A DNA stretch of 64,000 nt from Nitrospirota bacterium (lineage in GTDB: Bacteria > Nitrospirota > UBA9217). The stretch's first letter is position 1; each line of letters starts with the position of its first letter. The notes under the pieces are model-generated. The model ran no database searches and had not been told where the DNA came from. It was given only the letters and a program-made list of their open reading frames with translations. This document shows, piece after piece, positions 29,381-38,220 of this stretch. The position numbers were made by a program, and so were the translations under genes. The stretch lies in the NCBI GenBank assembly GCA_963790205.1, contig CAWBNQ010000003.1:192001-256000 (forward strand), given 5' to 3'.

Positions 29381-30424
29381 CTAGAGAAAATTGGGTGACA
29401 CTTTTCCGTTGATCGTAACGGTAATAAACCCTTTCATCCTCAGCCAGGCCTCGACGGCGATCCGCCAGGCTGCTTGCGACTGAACACTACCATCACTGCA
29501 TAGTATATCACCTTGCAAGTTTGTCATCCAGTCATAGGCAGCGCTCCTTTCCCATTTGGTAAACGTTTTTTTGTTCGTGAAGTACACTTGGCAGGCGTTG
29601 CCGCCATGCAGGCACGGACGGGGTTGGTGGTTAAGGTCATGTTCAACCGTCGATGCATATGCCTCCATGTGCTCGCGCGGACAACTGGACTTATACAAGA
29701 GTTTTGCAGCAAGCCCGTTCTTCAGCTCGGTTTGTGCCTCTTCGATCGCGCCGTTGTAGGGCGGATAATGGACTGGACTGTTCAACGGCAGGACGAAGTA
29801 GTCGGCGAGCACAGCATTGACCGCTGCATGATTCAGGTTCGCGCCATTGTCGCGCTTGAGGAACAGAGGCGCACCGAAGCGATCGAAGGTCGCTGCGAGA
29901 TAGCCGGATATCTCTTCGCCGCAGGGCACATCTCCCGTCATAGGAGTGAACTTGTAGCGAGACGCGAGGTCCTGCATATGGTTCAGGTACACCTTGCCAC
30001 CGTCTGTGTCACGATGTTTGTATTCACAGGGGTCCATTGACCACGCGACGTTTGGCACGTTCCAGCTGATCCGCCGCAGATTCTGACGATGGAGTGTATT
30101 GAGGTCATGCCTCGCCATAGCGACCATGCTCTGCAGGTCTCGCCGTGACACAGAGGACGCGTGGCTCCCGTATAATGCGCCCGTGCCCTGCGTGCGGCTC
30201 TGCCCGTGAGACAGCTTTGCGATATCCCCTGTAATCCCCTCAAGATCCGGAGGCTTGACCTTGGGAGGACCCGGTTGCCGCACGAGGGGCGTGGCGTTCT
30301 TCTGTCGCAGACGCCAACGGATAAAGCTCGGGTAGGGGAGCCTCACGGCACTGCAGATCTCCTGGTAGTGCATACCGGTTTTCTCTCTCATCCGGTCAAC
30401 AACGGCAAGCATACTGGTTATCAT
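29381..30424 (-). CDS. DDE integrase-core transposase-like protein (second DDE)
   Basis: WSMD, QDLASRY, KRDNG and YNGAIEE give a D-D-E triad. The stop lies inside the left TIR. Confidence 0.8.
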   Translation of the reverse strand: MITSMLAVVDRMREKTGMHYQEICSAVRLPYPSFIRWRLRQKNATPLVRQPGPPKVKPPDLEGITGDIAKLSHGQSRTQGTGALYGSHASSVSRRDLQSMVAMARHDLNTLHRQNLRRISWNVPNVAWSMDPCEYKHRDTDGGKVYLNHMQDLASRYKFTPMTGDVPCGEEISGYLAATFDRFGAPLFLKRDNGANLNHAAVNAVLADYFVLPLNSPVHYPPYNGAIEEAQTELKNGLAAKLLYKSSCPREHMEAYASTVEHDLNHQPRPCLHGGNACQVYFTNKKTFTKWERSAAYDWMTNLQGDILCSDGSVQSQAAWRIAVEAWLRMKGFITVTINGKVSPNFL

Positions 30425-30807
30425 TTCTTCCTTCGCTTTCGTTTTTTTTCCTCCGACTCGTCAGCTCTTTTTTTCACACGGGCATTGTGGAGTTCATACG
30501 CGTGCAGCATGTCCCGCACTTCTACCGTTTTCTTAGCGACAAAGAGCTTGTTCTGGAGCTCAGCGATTTGCTCCTGTAAACGCTGTTTCTCCTCGTCCTG
30601 CGGTATACTCGGCCTTCCAGGGGATTTATCCTCCATGGCCTCGGTCATCGCCTGTAATGCCCGGCGCTCCCACTCGTAGTAGGTCTTCCGCGACACGCCG
30701 AGCCTCCGTGCGCCTTCCTCGGCCGTGATCTGGCCGCTGCGCACTGCAAACACCACCGCAGTCCGCTTTCGGGCAAGCTCCTTGTCTTCTGAGTCGCTCA
30801 TGCACAC
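30421..30807 (-). CDS. HTH + coiled-coil transposase orfA-like protein
   Basis: ITAEEGARRLGVSRKTYYEWERR HTH. ATGA overlap with the downstream DDE ORF. Confidence 0.78.
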   Translation of the reverse strand: MCMSDSEDKELARKRTAVVFAVRSGQITAEEGARRLGVSRKTYYEWERRALQAMTEAMEDKSPGRPSIPQDEEKQRLQEQIAELQNKLFVAKKTVEVRDMLHAYELHNARVKKRADESEEKKRKRRKK

Positions 30808-30818
30808 CGACCTTTCCG

Positions 30819-31214
30819 TTATGGGGTCTCAGCCTTGCGCAGGGGGGAGCTTTCGGGCTTCAGGTCCTTTAGCTTCTCCGGTTTCCTTGCTTCCTGCGCC
30901 TTCGACAGCGTCTTTTCCAGCCTGTTCTGTACCGGGAGCATCAGGCGCTTTTTCTCCAGCATCGTCTGCAGCCGCGGGCTGAGCGCCGGCCCCTTGTCCA
31001 GGATCACCCGGGGTTCCAGAGCCTGGAGCATTCCCTCCATCGCCCGTTTCTGCCACTGGGAGAGCACCATCCACGGTATCCCCATCTCCCGGCATACTTC
31101 CGCCGGCCTCCGCCGCTCCGTCCATATTGAGAGAACCGCCCGGCATTTCTCCATCGCCCCGTGGTTTGTCATCTGCCGCTTCTTCTCGCTTTTTATCTTC
31201 TCCGTTTTTTCCAT
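30819..31214 (-). CDS. HTH protein (HTH_Tnp_1-like) nested in an alternative frame of the transposase 3' end
   Basis: EKCRAVLSIWTERRRPAEVCREMGIPWMVLSQWQKRAMEGM. Purine-rich RBS GAAGGGG upstream. Confidence 0.65.
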   Translation of the reverse strand: MEKTEKIKSEKKRQMTNHGAMEKCRAVLSIWTERRRPAEVCREMGIPWMVLSQWQKRAMEGMLQALEPRVILDKGPALSPRLQTMLEKKRLMLPVQNRLEKTLSKAQEARKPEKLKDLKPESSPLRKAETP

Positions 31215-32376
31215 GGCCGGCCCCTTCTTCGTTTAGATTGTAGACTACTTCCTGCGTGGTGTCATCCTCTTCATCGTCAACCGATAGACGCAGCTTGCCC
31301 TTTTCCGCCCGCAGCACTACCGACTGCCCCTCCATGCGGCCCACCATGTAGAACGGCAGCTTGGGCTTCCCGCGGAGCGCCATCTCGAGGAGATTCTCCT
31401 GGATGCCATGCTCGATCGTCTTCCTGAGCTCGCTCTGGATCTCAAAATACCGGTCCGCGGGACACAGGCCGCCGATCCCCTGGTGCGGTCGTTTGTGGTT
31501 GTAATACTTCACCCACTGCCGTATCCGCTCGGCGGCGTCCTCGAAGCTATCGAACTGCGCTCTGACAAGAAACTCCAGGTAGATCGTCTTCCAGAACCGT
31601 TCGATTTTGCCCAGGGTCATAGGGTGGTGTGGTTGGGATTTGATGTGGTGGATCTTGTCTTTCTTGAGCTCCAGCTCAAAACGGCTGTGCCCGCGCCAGC
31701 TCGTATACTGCCGCCCGTTATCCGTGAGCATCTCTTTCGGCGGGTTGTACTCGGAGGACGCCCGGCGGTATACCTCGATAACGTTCTGGCCCGTCTGAGT
31801 GCGGAAAAGCTCGAGCCCCGTGATGTAGCGGGAGTAATCATCGATGTAGCCGATCAGGTACGCATAGTGGCCGCCAAGACGGAACGTGAAGATGTCCGTT
31901 TGCCACAGCTGGTTCGGCGTTGATCGTTCGAAAAAACGGGGACGGGTGATATTACGCTGACGCTTCTTAGGCGGGGACTTGATGAGGGATGAATCGTGAA
32001 GGGTCTTGCGGACTGTTTCAGGGCTGGCGGAAAGAAAAAACGCCCTCTTTAAAACCTGTGAAATGCGCTTGATGCCGAAGAGCGGGTTGGCTTCTTTTAC
32101 CTCGACGATCTTCTGCCTTACCGGAGAAGGAAGACTGCGCCCCTTACCTCTGTAATGCGTTGCGAGCCCCGCTTCGCCATGACGACGATAGTCGCGCACC
32201 CAGCGCCCGACCGTCCCACTGCTCAATCCGCATTCCTGCCGAATCACCGAAGCAGGGACGCTTTCTTCAACAAACTTTTTGACGACTTGAAGCTTGAAAT
32301 CCGGTCCATACCGCTTGCTTCGTTTCGGGAACTTCCTTTTCCTGCCTACTTGCTGTATACTCTTTTCTGGTTTCAT
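30829..32376 (-). CDS. IS481/IS3-like DDE transposase (HTH-HTH-rve) with C-terminal extension
   Basis: YGPDFKLQVV HTH, NPLFGIKRI, PNQLWQTD, DDYSR, LTDNGRQY, GKIERFW, YNHKRPHQGI. AAGGAG RBS. Confidence 0.92.
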   Translation of the reverse strand: MKPEKSIQQVGRKRKFPKRSKRYGPDFKLQVVKKFVEESVPASVIRQECGLSSGTVGRWVRDYRRHGEAGLATHYRGKGRSLPSPVRQKIVEVKEANPLFGIKRISQVLKRAFFLSASPETVRKTLHDSSLIKSPPKKRQRNITRPRFFERSTPNQLWQTDIFTFRLGGHYAYLIGYIDDYSRYITGLELFRTQTGQNVIEVYRRASSEYNPPKEMLTDNGRQYTSWRGHSRFELELKKDKIHHIKSQPHHPMTLGKIERFWKTIYLEFLVRAQFDSFEDAAERIRQWVKYYNHKRPHQGIGGLCPADRYFEIQSELRKTIEHGIQENLLEMALRGKPKLPFYMVGRMEGQSVVLRAEKGKLRLSVDDEEDDTTQEVVYNLNEEGAGHGKNGEDKKREEAADDKPRGDGEMPGGSLNMDGAAEAGGSMPGDGDTVDGALPVAETGDGGNAPGSGTPGDPGQGAGAQPAAADDAGEKAPDAPGTEQAGKDAVEGAGSKETGEAKGPEARKLPPAQG

Positions 32377-32423
32377 GATGACACTCCTTTCAAAACCTAA
32401 CTTTGGAGTGTCACCCTATTTCC

Positions 32424-33473
32424 TCAAATCCTTGTTATCATAAACTGGTCGCTAGGACAAATAAGTTTGTAACCAGCCTCCGTTGCCTTACTCTCAACAA
32501 ATTCAGGCAAGCGCATATCTTTGCTGAAGGGAATATCGCCGATTATTATTATGCAGTGATCCCCATTCTTTTGAAAACTGTGCCAGCGCATGAATGATTT
32601 CGACATAAGGCTGGAAAAGTCGGATTTATTTGGAGACACCTTCTTTTCGAGAGATTGCCAATCATCTTTACCCAGAAACCACAGCCTCAGTCTGTTATCT
32701 CTTGCATAGGTGAGTGACTTCATATAGGGTGGACTTGTTAAAATTGTGTGTATCCTGTTCATCGGCGGTTTAACATTTATTGCTGATGCACAGCGTACAA
32801 CTCTTTCAGCCTTGAAGTCTAGTTTTGGGAAATTTTTGTATGTTCTATTGATTTTTGCTTTAAGTCTCGAATATACATCTCTATATTTATATAACTCTGG
32901 AAATTCATCCTTAGGATATTTGCTATCACGCAAATAAGGAGCACCATGGCTTGATGGAAATGACAAAAAACCAGGACGTTGATGATGTAGTATACCCATG
33001 AGGCAAGATAAGAAGAACCATTCTTTACGTTCGCTTAAAAAATGTGACCAAATGGACACTTCAGACAACGTTCGCGGATGAAAGAAACGTTTAACCCAAG
33101 CCGGAGCACTTGCGGTTGCCTTGTCCTGTCTATGTTCTGAAAGATGTGTGTTAATTCGATCTAGACGATTGAGTGCAGTCTCTAAGGATTCGTATGGTTT
33201 GAGCTTGCCTTTTGTTAATGTTATGGCATAGTCATTAATGTCTGTAGCAAAACACTTATGGCCGCTTGCCCAGGCTTCGAGAGGGACCGTTCCCGAACCG
33301 CAAAATGGGTCATAGACCACTGACTTAGGATTTGTATAAGTGTTAATTAAATGTCGAGCTAACGCCGGTCTTATTTTGCCAACATAAGGGGATACGACAT
33401 GCAACCCTATGTCATTGCCATTATTGCTGGCGGTGATATGAGTCGTTTTTTTTAGTTTGTTTTCGACTGGCAT
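32424..33473 (-). pseudogene. Site-specific DNA methyltransferase (probable N4-C, alpha order), C-terminally truncated by the IS
   Basis: SPYVGK, motif I DPFCGSGT, motif IV TSPPY. The last 11 codons read into the IS terminus. Confidence 0.8.
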
Positions 33474-33605
33474 AATTTGTTGGTATACTCGGCAACAGAA
33501 CCTTTTTATACAGATAGTTAAAGATAGTATAGTATATCTATATAAAAATCAAGAAATTAGGCGAAAGCTGTAGGGTAATTTCAGTATTGATAGCTGGGTG
33601 CGATC

Positions 33606-34796
33606 ATGTCAGAAAACATTGTTCGATGCTCAAGACAAGATCTTTATAATCAAGTTTGGTCAGAACCGATGATTACCCTGGCTCAGAAATATGGTCTTTC
33701 CGATGTAGGACTCAGAAAGAAGTGCAAAAAGCTAAACATCCCACTGCCTCCCCAAGGATATTTTCTACGCGGCCCGCGAAGAAAAGCAGAGGCCCGGTCG
33801 CCATTACCACCGTTCGCGGGTAACGACACGATAGAAATTAAGCCGAGTAAGAACTCTTTTCCCCCGGCTTTTGTCGATCAAGAGCAATACAAAGAGGCAG
33901 AAGCAAGAATAGCATTCGAGAATCTCCCCGAGAACCGTATTGAGGTTCCAGAGCGCCTCACCTCGCCGCATCCACTCATAGAAAAAACAAAAGCCGTAAA
34001 AACCCTTGATGAGGGCCCAAGAGGCGGGCGCGTTATTAATGACCCATGTCGTGATTCTGGCCTGGATATCAATGTAAGCAAGCAACACCTCAGTCGGGCC
34101 TTAAGAATTATGGATTCATTGCTGAAGGCACTCGAATCAAGGGAGTTCAAAGTATCCATTTCCCCAAAATCCTATGGAAACAAAGATTGTGTAACCACCG
34201 TAACCGTACTTGGTGTCGTACATGACTTTGAACTGAAGGAAACTTTTAGGCAGGTCAAGTATGAACCGCCCAAGGAGACGAAGAAAGAGCCGTCCTGGAT
34301 GCATTATCATTCCCCATATGACTTTATCCCTTCTGGCCGGTTTACCCTGGCGATCAGTGGCTATGTAGGTGAAGGGGGCCAGAACTCCTGGTCTGACGGC
34401 AAGAAGCAAAAGATTGAGGATTGCCTCAATGACTTTATCATCGGGTTGATCAAGGCATCTGTTATCGACCGGGGAAGGGATCTCAAGCGGGAACTGGAGG
34501 AAAAGGCACGGATGGAGTTGGCCCGTAAACAGGCTGAGGAGGCCAGAAAGCGAGAAGAAGAGAAAAAGCGCCTCCAAGATCTGATTTCAGAGGCGCAGTC
34601 GTGGAAGCAGGGTCAGCTTATCCGTGAATATGCCGCAGCTGTCCGGGCCAAAGCTATTGAGAAAAATATCGAGATTATTCCGGGGGGAGAAATAGACCAG
34701 TGGATCACCTGGGCCAACCAACAGGCAGATCGGCTCGATCCCCTTGTTGAAACCCCGCCCCCGGTTTCTAATGATGAAAAGGACACGGAAACATAG
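33606..34796 (+). CDS. Hypothetical island protein with N-terminal HTH-like segment and C-terminal coiled coil
   Basis: 396-aa ORF. SRQDLYNQVWSEPMITLAQKYGLSDVGLRKKCKKLNIPLP, WITWANQQADRLDP. Confidence 0.75.
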   Translation: MSENIVRCSRQDLYNQVWSEPMITLAQKYGLSDVGLRKKCKKLNIPLPPQGYFLRGPRRKAEARSPLPPFAGNDTIEIKPSKNSFPPAFVDQEQYKEAEARIAFENLPENRIEVPERLTSPHPLIEKTKAVKTLDEGPRGGRVINDPCRDSGLDINVSKQHLSRALRIMDSLLKALESREFKVSISPKSYGNKDCVTTVTVLGVVHDFELKETFRQVKYEPPKETKKEPSWMHYHSPYDFIPSGRFTLAISGYVGEGGQNSWSDGKKQKIEDCLNDFIIGLIKASVIDRGRDLKRELEEKARMELARKQAEEARKREEEKKRLQDLISEAQSWKQGQLIREYAAAVRAKAIEKNIEIIPGGEIDQWITWANQQADRLDPLVETPPPVSNDEKDTET

Positions 34797-34889
34797 CTTG
34801 GCCGGTTATTTGGGTAGATGAGGGCTTCTGAGGGATGGTCCTGGAGGGGGTTTTTACCGTAAATTACTTCTTTTCCTGCTAAGCAACCG

Positions 34890-34919
34890 TTGACAATTTA
34901 AAGTCGATTGTGATATATT
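34890..34919 (+). promoter_or_regulatory. Outward-facing sigma70-type promoter at the island right end
   Basis: TTGACA-18 bp-TATATT with a TGn extended -10. Confidence 0.55.
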
Positions 34920-35016
34920 GCACGGGTTGTTGTTGTGGCCGCTGAGAAGCGTGTACGTCAAGCTGGGCGTCCTTCCTTCGGCACCATCTCAAATTCAGAG
35001 ACAAACTTAGCCGATC

Positions 35017-35090
35017 CTCAGATTTCACGGATTACACAGCGTAGAACTTCCGGCGATTTTAAGATCCGCAAATTTTGCGTAATCGGCGGA
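35017..35090. repeat. Two-armed 9-mer repeat (GATTTCACG GATTACACA ... ATCCGCAAA TTTTGCGTA ATCGGCGG)
   Basis: Lies between attR and bamD. Confidence 0.5.
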
Positions 35091-35107
35091 GAAGAAAAGT
35101 CTTCCTT

Positions 35108-35839
35108 ATGAAAAAGATCATCGCCATAGTTGCCCTCGCCCTCTTGGCCGGGTGTGCCGCCGCGAAAGAACCTCCTTTCGATCCCGTGACCGTGTTTAAG
35201 AATGCCGAAGAAAACATGCGCAAGGAGAATTTTGAGAAGGCGCGCAAAGGATACCAGGAGATCCAGGAAAGGTCTCCCGACAAGAGCTACGACGCCGCGC
35301 TCATGCTGAGGATCGCCGACACCTATTTCGGCGATGAAAAATACGACGAGGCCCTCGTCGAGTACCAGGCATTCCTGAACTTCCACCCCGTGCACAAGGA
35401 CGCGGTCTATGCCCAGTACCAGGTCGCCATGTGCAGCTTCAAGCAGATGACGACCATAGACCGGGACCCCGAACCGACTCGGGCCGCGCTCAGGGAGTTC
35501 CAGACGCTCATCCGAAAGTATCCGAAGGGCATCTATGATGAGCCGGCGAAAAAGAACATCTCCCTCTGCCTGGACCGGCTTTCCGAATACGAGCTCTACG
35601 TCGGCCGGTTCTATCATAAAAAGGGCGCCTACAAGGCCGCCGTGGGGCGGTTCGATGCTCTTCTCCGCACCTACCCCGGCTCCGCGGCGGAGAAGGACGC
35701 GCTCTATTACGACGGGCTCTCGTACCGGGAGCTCGGCGAGCGCGGCCGGGCAAAGGCCGCGTTCGAGACGCTCGTGCAGAAGTACCCGTCCATGGCGGGG
35801 AACGTCGGGTCCCTCATCGACAAGCTCGCAAAACAGTGA
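35108..35839 (+). CDS. bamD: Outer membrane protein assembly factor BamD
   Basis: Lipobox LAGC. TPRs, FLNFHP, DRDPEPT, ELYVGRFYHKKGAYKAAVGRF. Confidence 0.92.
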   Translation: MKKIIAIVALALLAGCAAAKEPPFDPVTVFKNAEENMRKENFEKARKGYQEIQERSPDKSYDAALMLRIADTYFGDEKYDEALVEYQAFLNFHPVHKDAVYAQYQVAMCSFKQMTTIDRDPEPTRAALREFQTLIRKYPKGIYDEPAKKNISLCLDRLSEYELYVGRFYHKKGAYKAAVGRFDALLRTYPGSAAEKDALYYDGLSYRELGERGRAKAAFETLVQKYPSMAGNVGSLIDKLAKQ

Positions 35840-35842
35840 ATT

Positions 35843-36481
35843 ATGAAATACTACCCCGTATTTCTCGATCTGCGTGAACGGTCCTGTGTGGTCGTCGGCG
35901 GCGGACGGGTGGCCGAGCGCAAGGCGCTCTCACTGCTCGAGGCCGGAGCGAACGTGACCGTCGTGAGCCCCTCCCTTACGCACAAGCTGCAGGAACTTTC
36001 CTCTTCTGGAAAAATCGCCCATCTTGCAAAGACGTTTGAGGAAGAGGACATCGCCGGCGCCTCTATCGTCATTGCCGCCACCGGCCTTCCTGAGGTGAAC
36101 GCCGGGATCGGCCGACTGTGCAGAAAAAAACAGGTCCTCGTGAATGTCGTTGCGCCGCCGGGCGAAAGCAGCTTCCTGGTGCCGTCGGTCGTGGACCGCG
36201 GAGCGCTTTTGATCGCGATCTCAACGAGCGGTGAAAGCCCGGCGCTGTCAAAGAGGATACGCCTTGAGCTGGAGAAGACGTTTGGACCCGAGTACGATCT
36301 TTTTCTCCAGCGGATGTCGCTTCTGCGAAGCAGGCTGATGGGTCAGATAGAGGATGAGGCGGAGCGCGGCCGTGTTTTTCAGGCTGTCGCGAATTCCGAT
36401 GTCCTTGATTTGCTCAGGCAGGGAAAGCTTCACGAGGCCGATCACCGGATCGCGGAGCTATCGGGCTTGAAGCAGAAGTAA
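35843..36481 (+). CDS. sirC: Precorrin-2 dehydrogenase / sirohydrochlorin ferrochelatase (CysG N-terminal type)
   Basis: YYPVFLDL, VGGGRVAERK, IAAT, AISTSGESPALS. Confidence 0.88.
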   Translation: MKYYPVFLDLRERSCVVVGGGRVAERKALSLLEAGANVTVVSPSLTHKLQELSSSGKIAHLAKTFEEEDIAGASIVIAATGLPEVNAGIGRLCRKKQVLVNVVAPPGESSFLVPSVVDRGALLIAISTSGESPALSKRIRLELEKTFGPEYDLFLQRMSLLRSRLMGQIEDEAERGRVFQAVANSDVLDLLRQGKLHEADHRIAELSGLKQK

Positions 36482-36624
36482 TAATATCCTGAAAAAGTAT
36501 TTTGACGCGGATAAAGACCGTCTCACGTTTCAGGTTTGTTGTAACAGGAGACTACAAACACGGTCTGAACTCATCTGCGGCCGCCATTCGTATTCCGGAC
36601 CATGCCTGCGGCGCGATTGAAGCG

Positions 36625-38220
36625 CTACGTCTTGTCTTTGAACATCTTCCTGAAGAGGCCGGCCTCACCTTCCTTCTTCTCCTGCGCGGTTCCTCCGGCC
36701 GCCTGGATAGCTTCACTAAGCTTGTCAGAGGCCGGGTTTTGCCGCAAACCGTCGTTGTACACATCGAGGGCCTTTGTCTTCAGCCCGCTGTGCAGATACA
36801 GGGTCCCGAGTTCGAGGTGGTACTCCGGCCTGAGCGGGTCGATCTCGATGGCTTTTTTCAGGTTTTCCTCCGCCTCGTGACGTCTCCGGGGGATGCGCGT
36901 GAGCGCGATGCCGTAACGGTAGAAGTATTCGGATTTCACGGGATCGAGCCTTGTGGCCCATGCGAAGGATTCCGCAGCCCCCCAGAAATTCCCGATGTTG
37001 AAGTCCTTCATTCCCGCCTTGAAATAGGCCGCTGCCTGCCCTGCCTTTTCCGCATAGTTCTCCACATACTCTTCCGGGCGCTTTTCCTCGTAGTGCGCCG
37101 TTGGCGCCGGCTTCCCGACGGAAGCGCCGTCATAGGCTTGGCGCTGCCCCGGGTCATTGAGCGTCTGGTAGGCGTTGTGAATTCGGGTAAAGAGCGCCTC
37201 CAAGGCTTCCTTCATATCGCTCATCTCAGCCTCGAAATGCCGGTCAGGATGATAGACCTTTGCAAGCTGGAAGTACGCCTTCCTGAGTTCCTGCGGCGTC
37301 GCGCTCCTGGACACCCCGAGCACCTGATAGTGGTCCTGATTTTTCATGGCGACCAAGGCTTCCCGGATCATCTGCCGGGTCACCACAGGCTCGGCGGCCT
37401 GCCCGGCGTCAGGTTCCTGTTCCTGTGGCCCGCTCTCCGCTGGTTTTCGCTGCCTTGCCGCGACGGCCGCTTGCGCTGCCGAGCGCGCGGATTTCATCTC
37501 TTGTTCGGTCTTTACCGCTCCCTTATCGGCCATTTTGAGCGCCAGGAGCGCATAGATTGCCTTGAGCGTATTGAAGTCTCCAAGCCCGGACAGAGTGCAC
37601 AGCTCTTCGATACTCCTGTCGCCGTCGATGAGCGAGAGGACTGACTGCTGGTCCTGTTCAAGATCAGCGCCCTGGAAGAGAAACGACGGGTCGGCAGCGG
37701 GGCGGAGCTTTGTCTTAAGCGGCGGGAGGGACTTGCGCAGGACCTGCCAATCCTGGCCGCGGATGCCTTCGATGATCAGGTTCCCGATGCTCAACCGGAG
37801 CGGTATGATATCGGACGACGGAAGCGGGCTGTCGTCGAATATGTAGCGGCCGTCGCGCCAGGCGAACAAGCTGAGGATGATTTCCTTGACCTGTTCCTTG
37901 ACGCCGGCGACCAGGTCCTGCGGTGAAATAAAGCCGAGCTCGACCAGGATTGCTCCGAATTTTTTGCCGGTTTTTTCGATGAGCTCCGTGGAGGCGTCAA
38001 CCTGCGCGCGGGTGAGTTTGCCGGAGCGGAGCAGGAAATCGCCGAGTCGGTCGCCGTCAAGGTTCGAGGCAGCAAAGATGACGTCACCGTTCTGAAAATA
38101 CACTTTTTTGATCGCCGCTTCCCGGGAGAAGATTACGGTGCCGGTCTTTTTCTCCGCCCTCAGGCTCTGGAAGAGCCAGGGGATGGTCATATCCTTGACA
38201 TCGCCCGCGGGTATGATCAT
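36625..38220 (-). CDS. DUF4388 + DnaJ (J-domain) + TPR protein
   Basis: N-terminal KKTGTVIF..KKVYFQNG, DHYQVLGV...YHPD J-domain, C-terminal TPRs. Confidence 0.85.
   Translation of the reverse strand: MIIPAGDVKDMTIPWLFQSLRAEKKTGTVIFSREAAIKKVYFQNGDVIFAASNLDGDRLGDFLLRSGKLTRAQVDASTELIEKTGKKFGAILVELGFISPQDLVAGVKEQVKEIILSLFAWRDGRYIFDDSPLPSSDIIPLRLSIGNLIIEGIRGQDWQVLRKSLPPLKTKLRPAADPSFLFQGADLEQDQQSVLSLIDGDRSIEELCTLSGLGDFNTLKAIYALLALKMADKGAVKTEQEMKSARSAAQAAVAARQRKPAESGPQEQEPDAGQAAEPVVTRQMIREALVAMKNQDHYQVLGVSRSATPQELRKAYFQLAKVYHPDRHFEAEMSDMKEALEALFTRIHNAYQTLNDPGQRQAYDGASVGKPAPTAHYEEKRPEEYVENYAEKAGQAAAYFKAGMKDFNIGNFWGAAESFAWATRLDPVKSEYFYRYGIALTRIPRRRHEAEENLKKAIEIDPLRPEYHLELGTLYLHSGLKTKALDVYNDGLRQNPASDKLSEAIQAAGGTAQEKKEGEAGLFRKMFKDKT

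Larger units (their letters stand above)
29351..32459 (-). mobile_element. Four-ORF insertion element with two DDE (rve) transposase-like genes, IS481/IS3-related
   Basis: Ends 5'-TGT...ACA-3'. Imperfect ~52-bp TIRs share CAGTTTATGATAA and GGGTGACACT at equivalent spacing. No TSD. Confidence 0.8.
28241..34987. mobile_element. Degraded integrative element at the tRNA-Leu 3' end (attL 28241-28253, attR 34975-34987)
   Basis: Direct repeat CCTTCGGCACCAT at both ends. Serine recombinase remnant adjacent to the tRNA. AT-richer cargo. Confidence 0.85.

Noticed and set aside
29357..32455. CGCTAG direct repeat as a target-site duplication of the IS
   Set aside because: Both copies lie inside the TGT-initiated termini (29351 and 32459, each 12 nt outside CAGTTTATGATAA). 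The true flanks (…CAATCG / AATAAG…) do not match.
34935..34987. Second tRNA gene ending in CACCA after a promoter
   Set aside because: Only the last 12-13 nt match tRNA-Leu, with no D, anticodon or T arms. Interpreted as attR.
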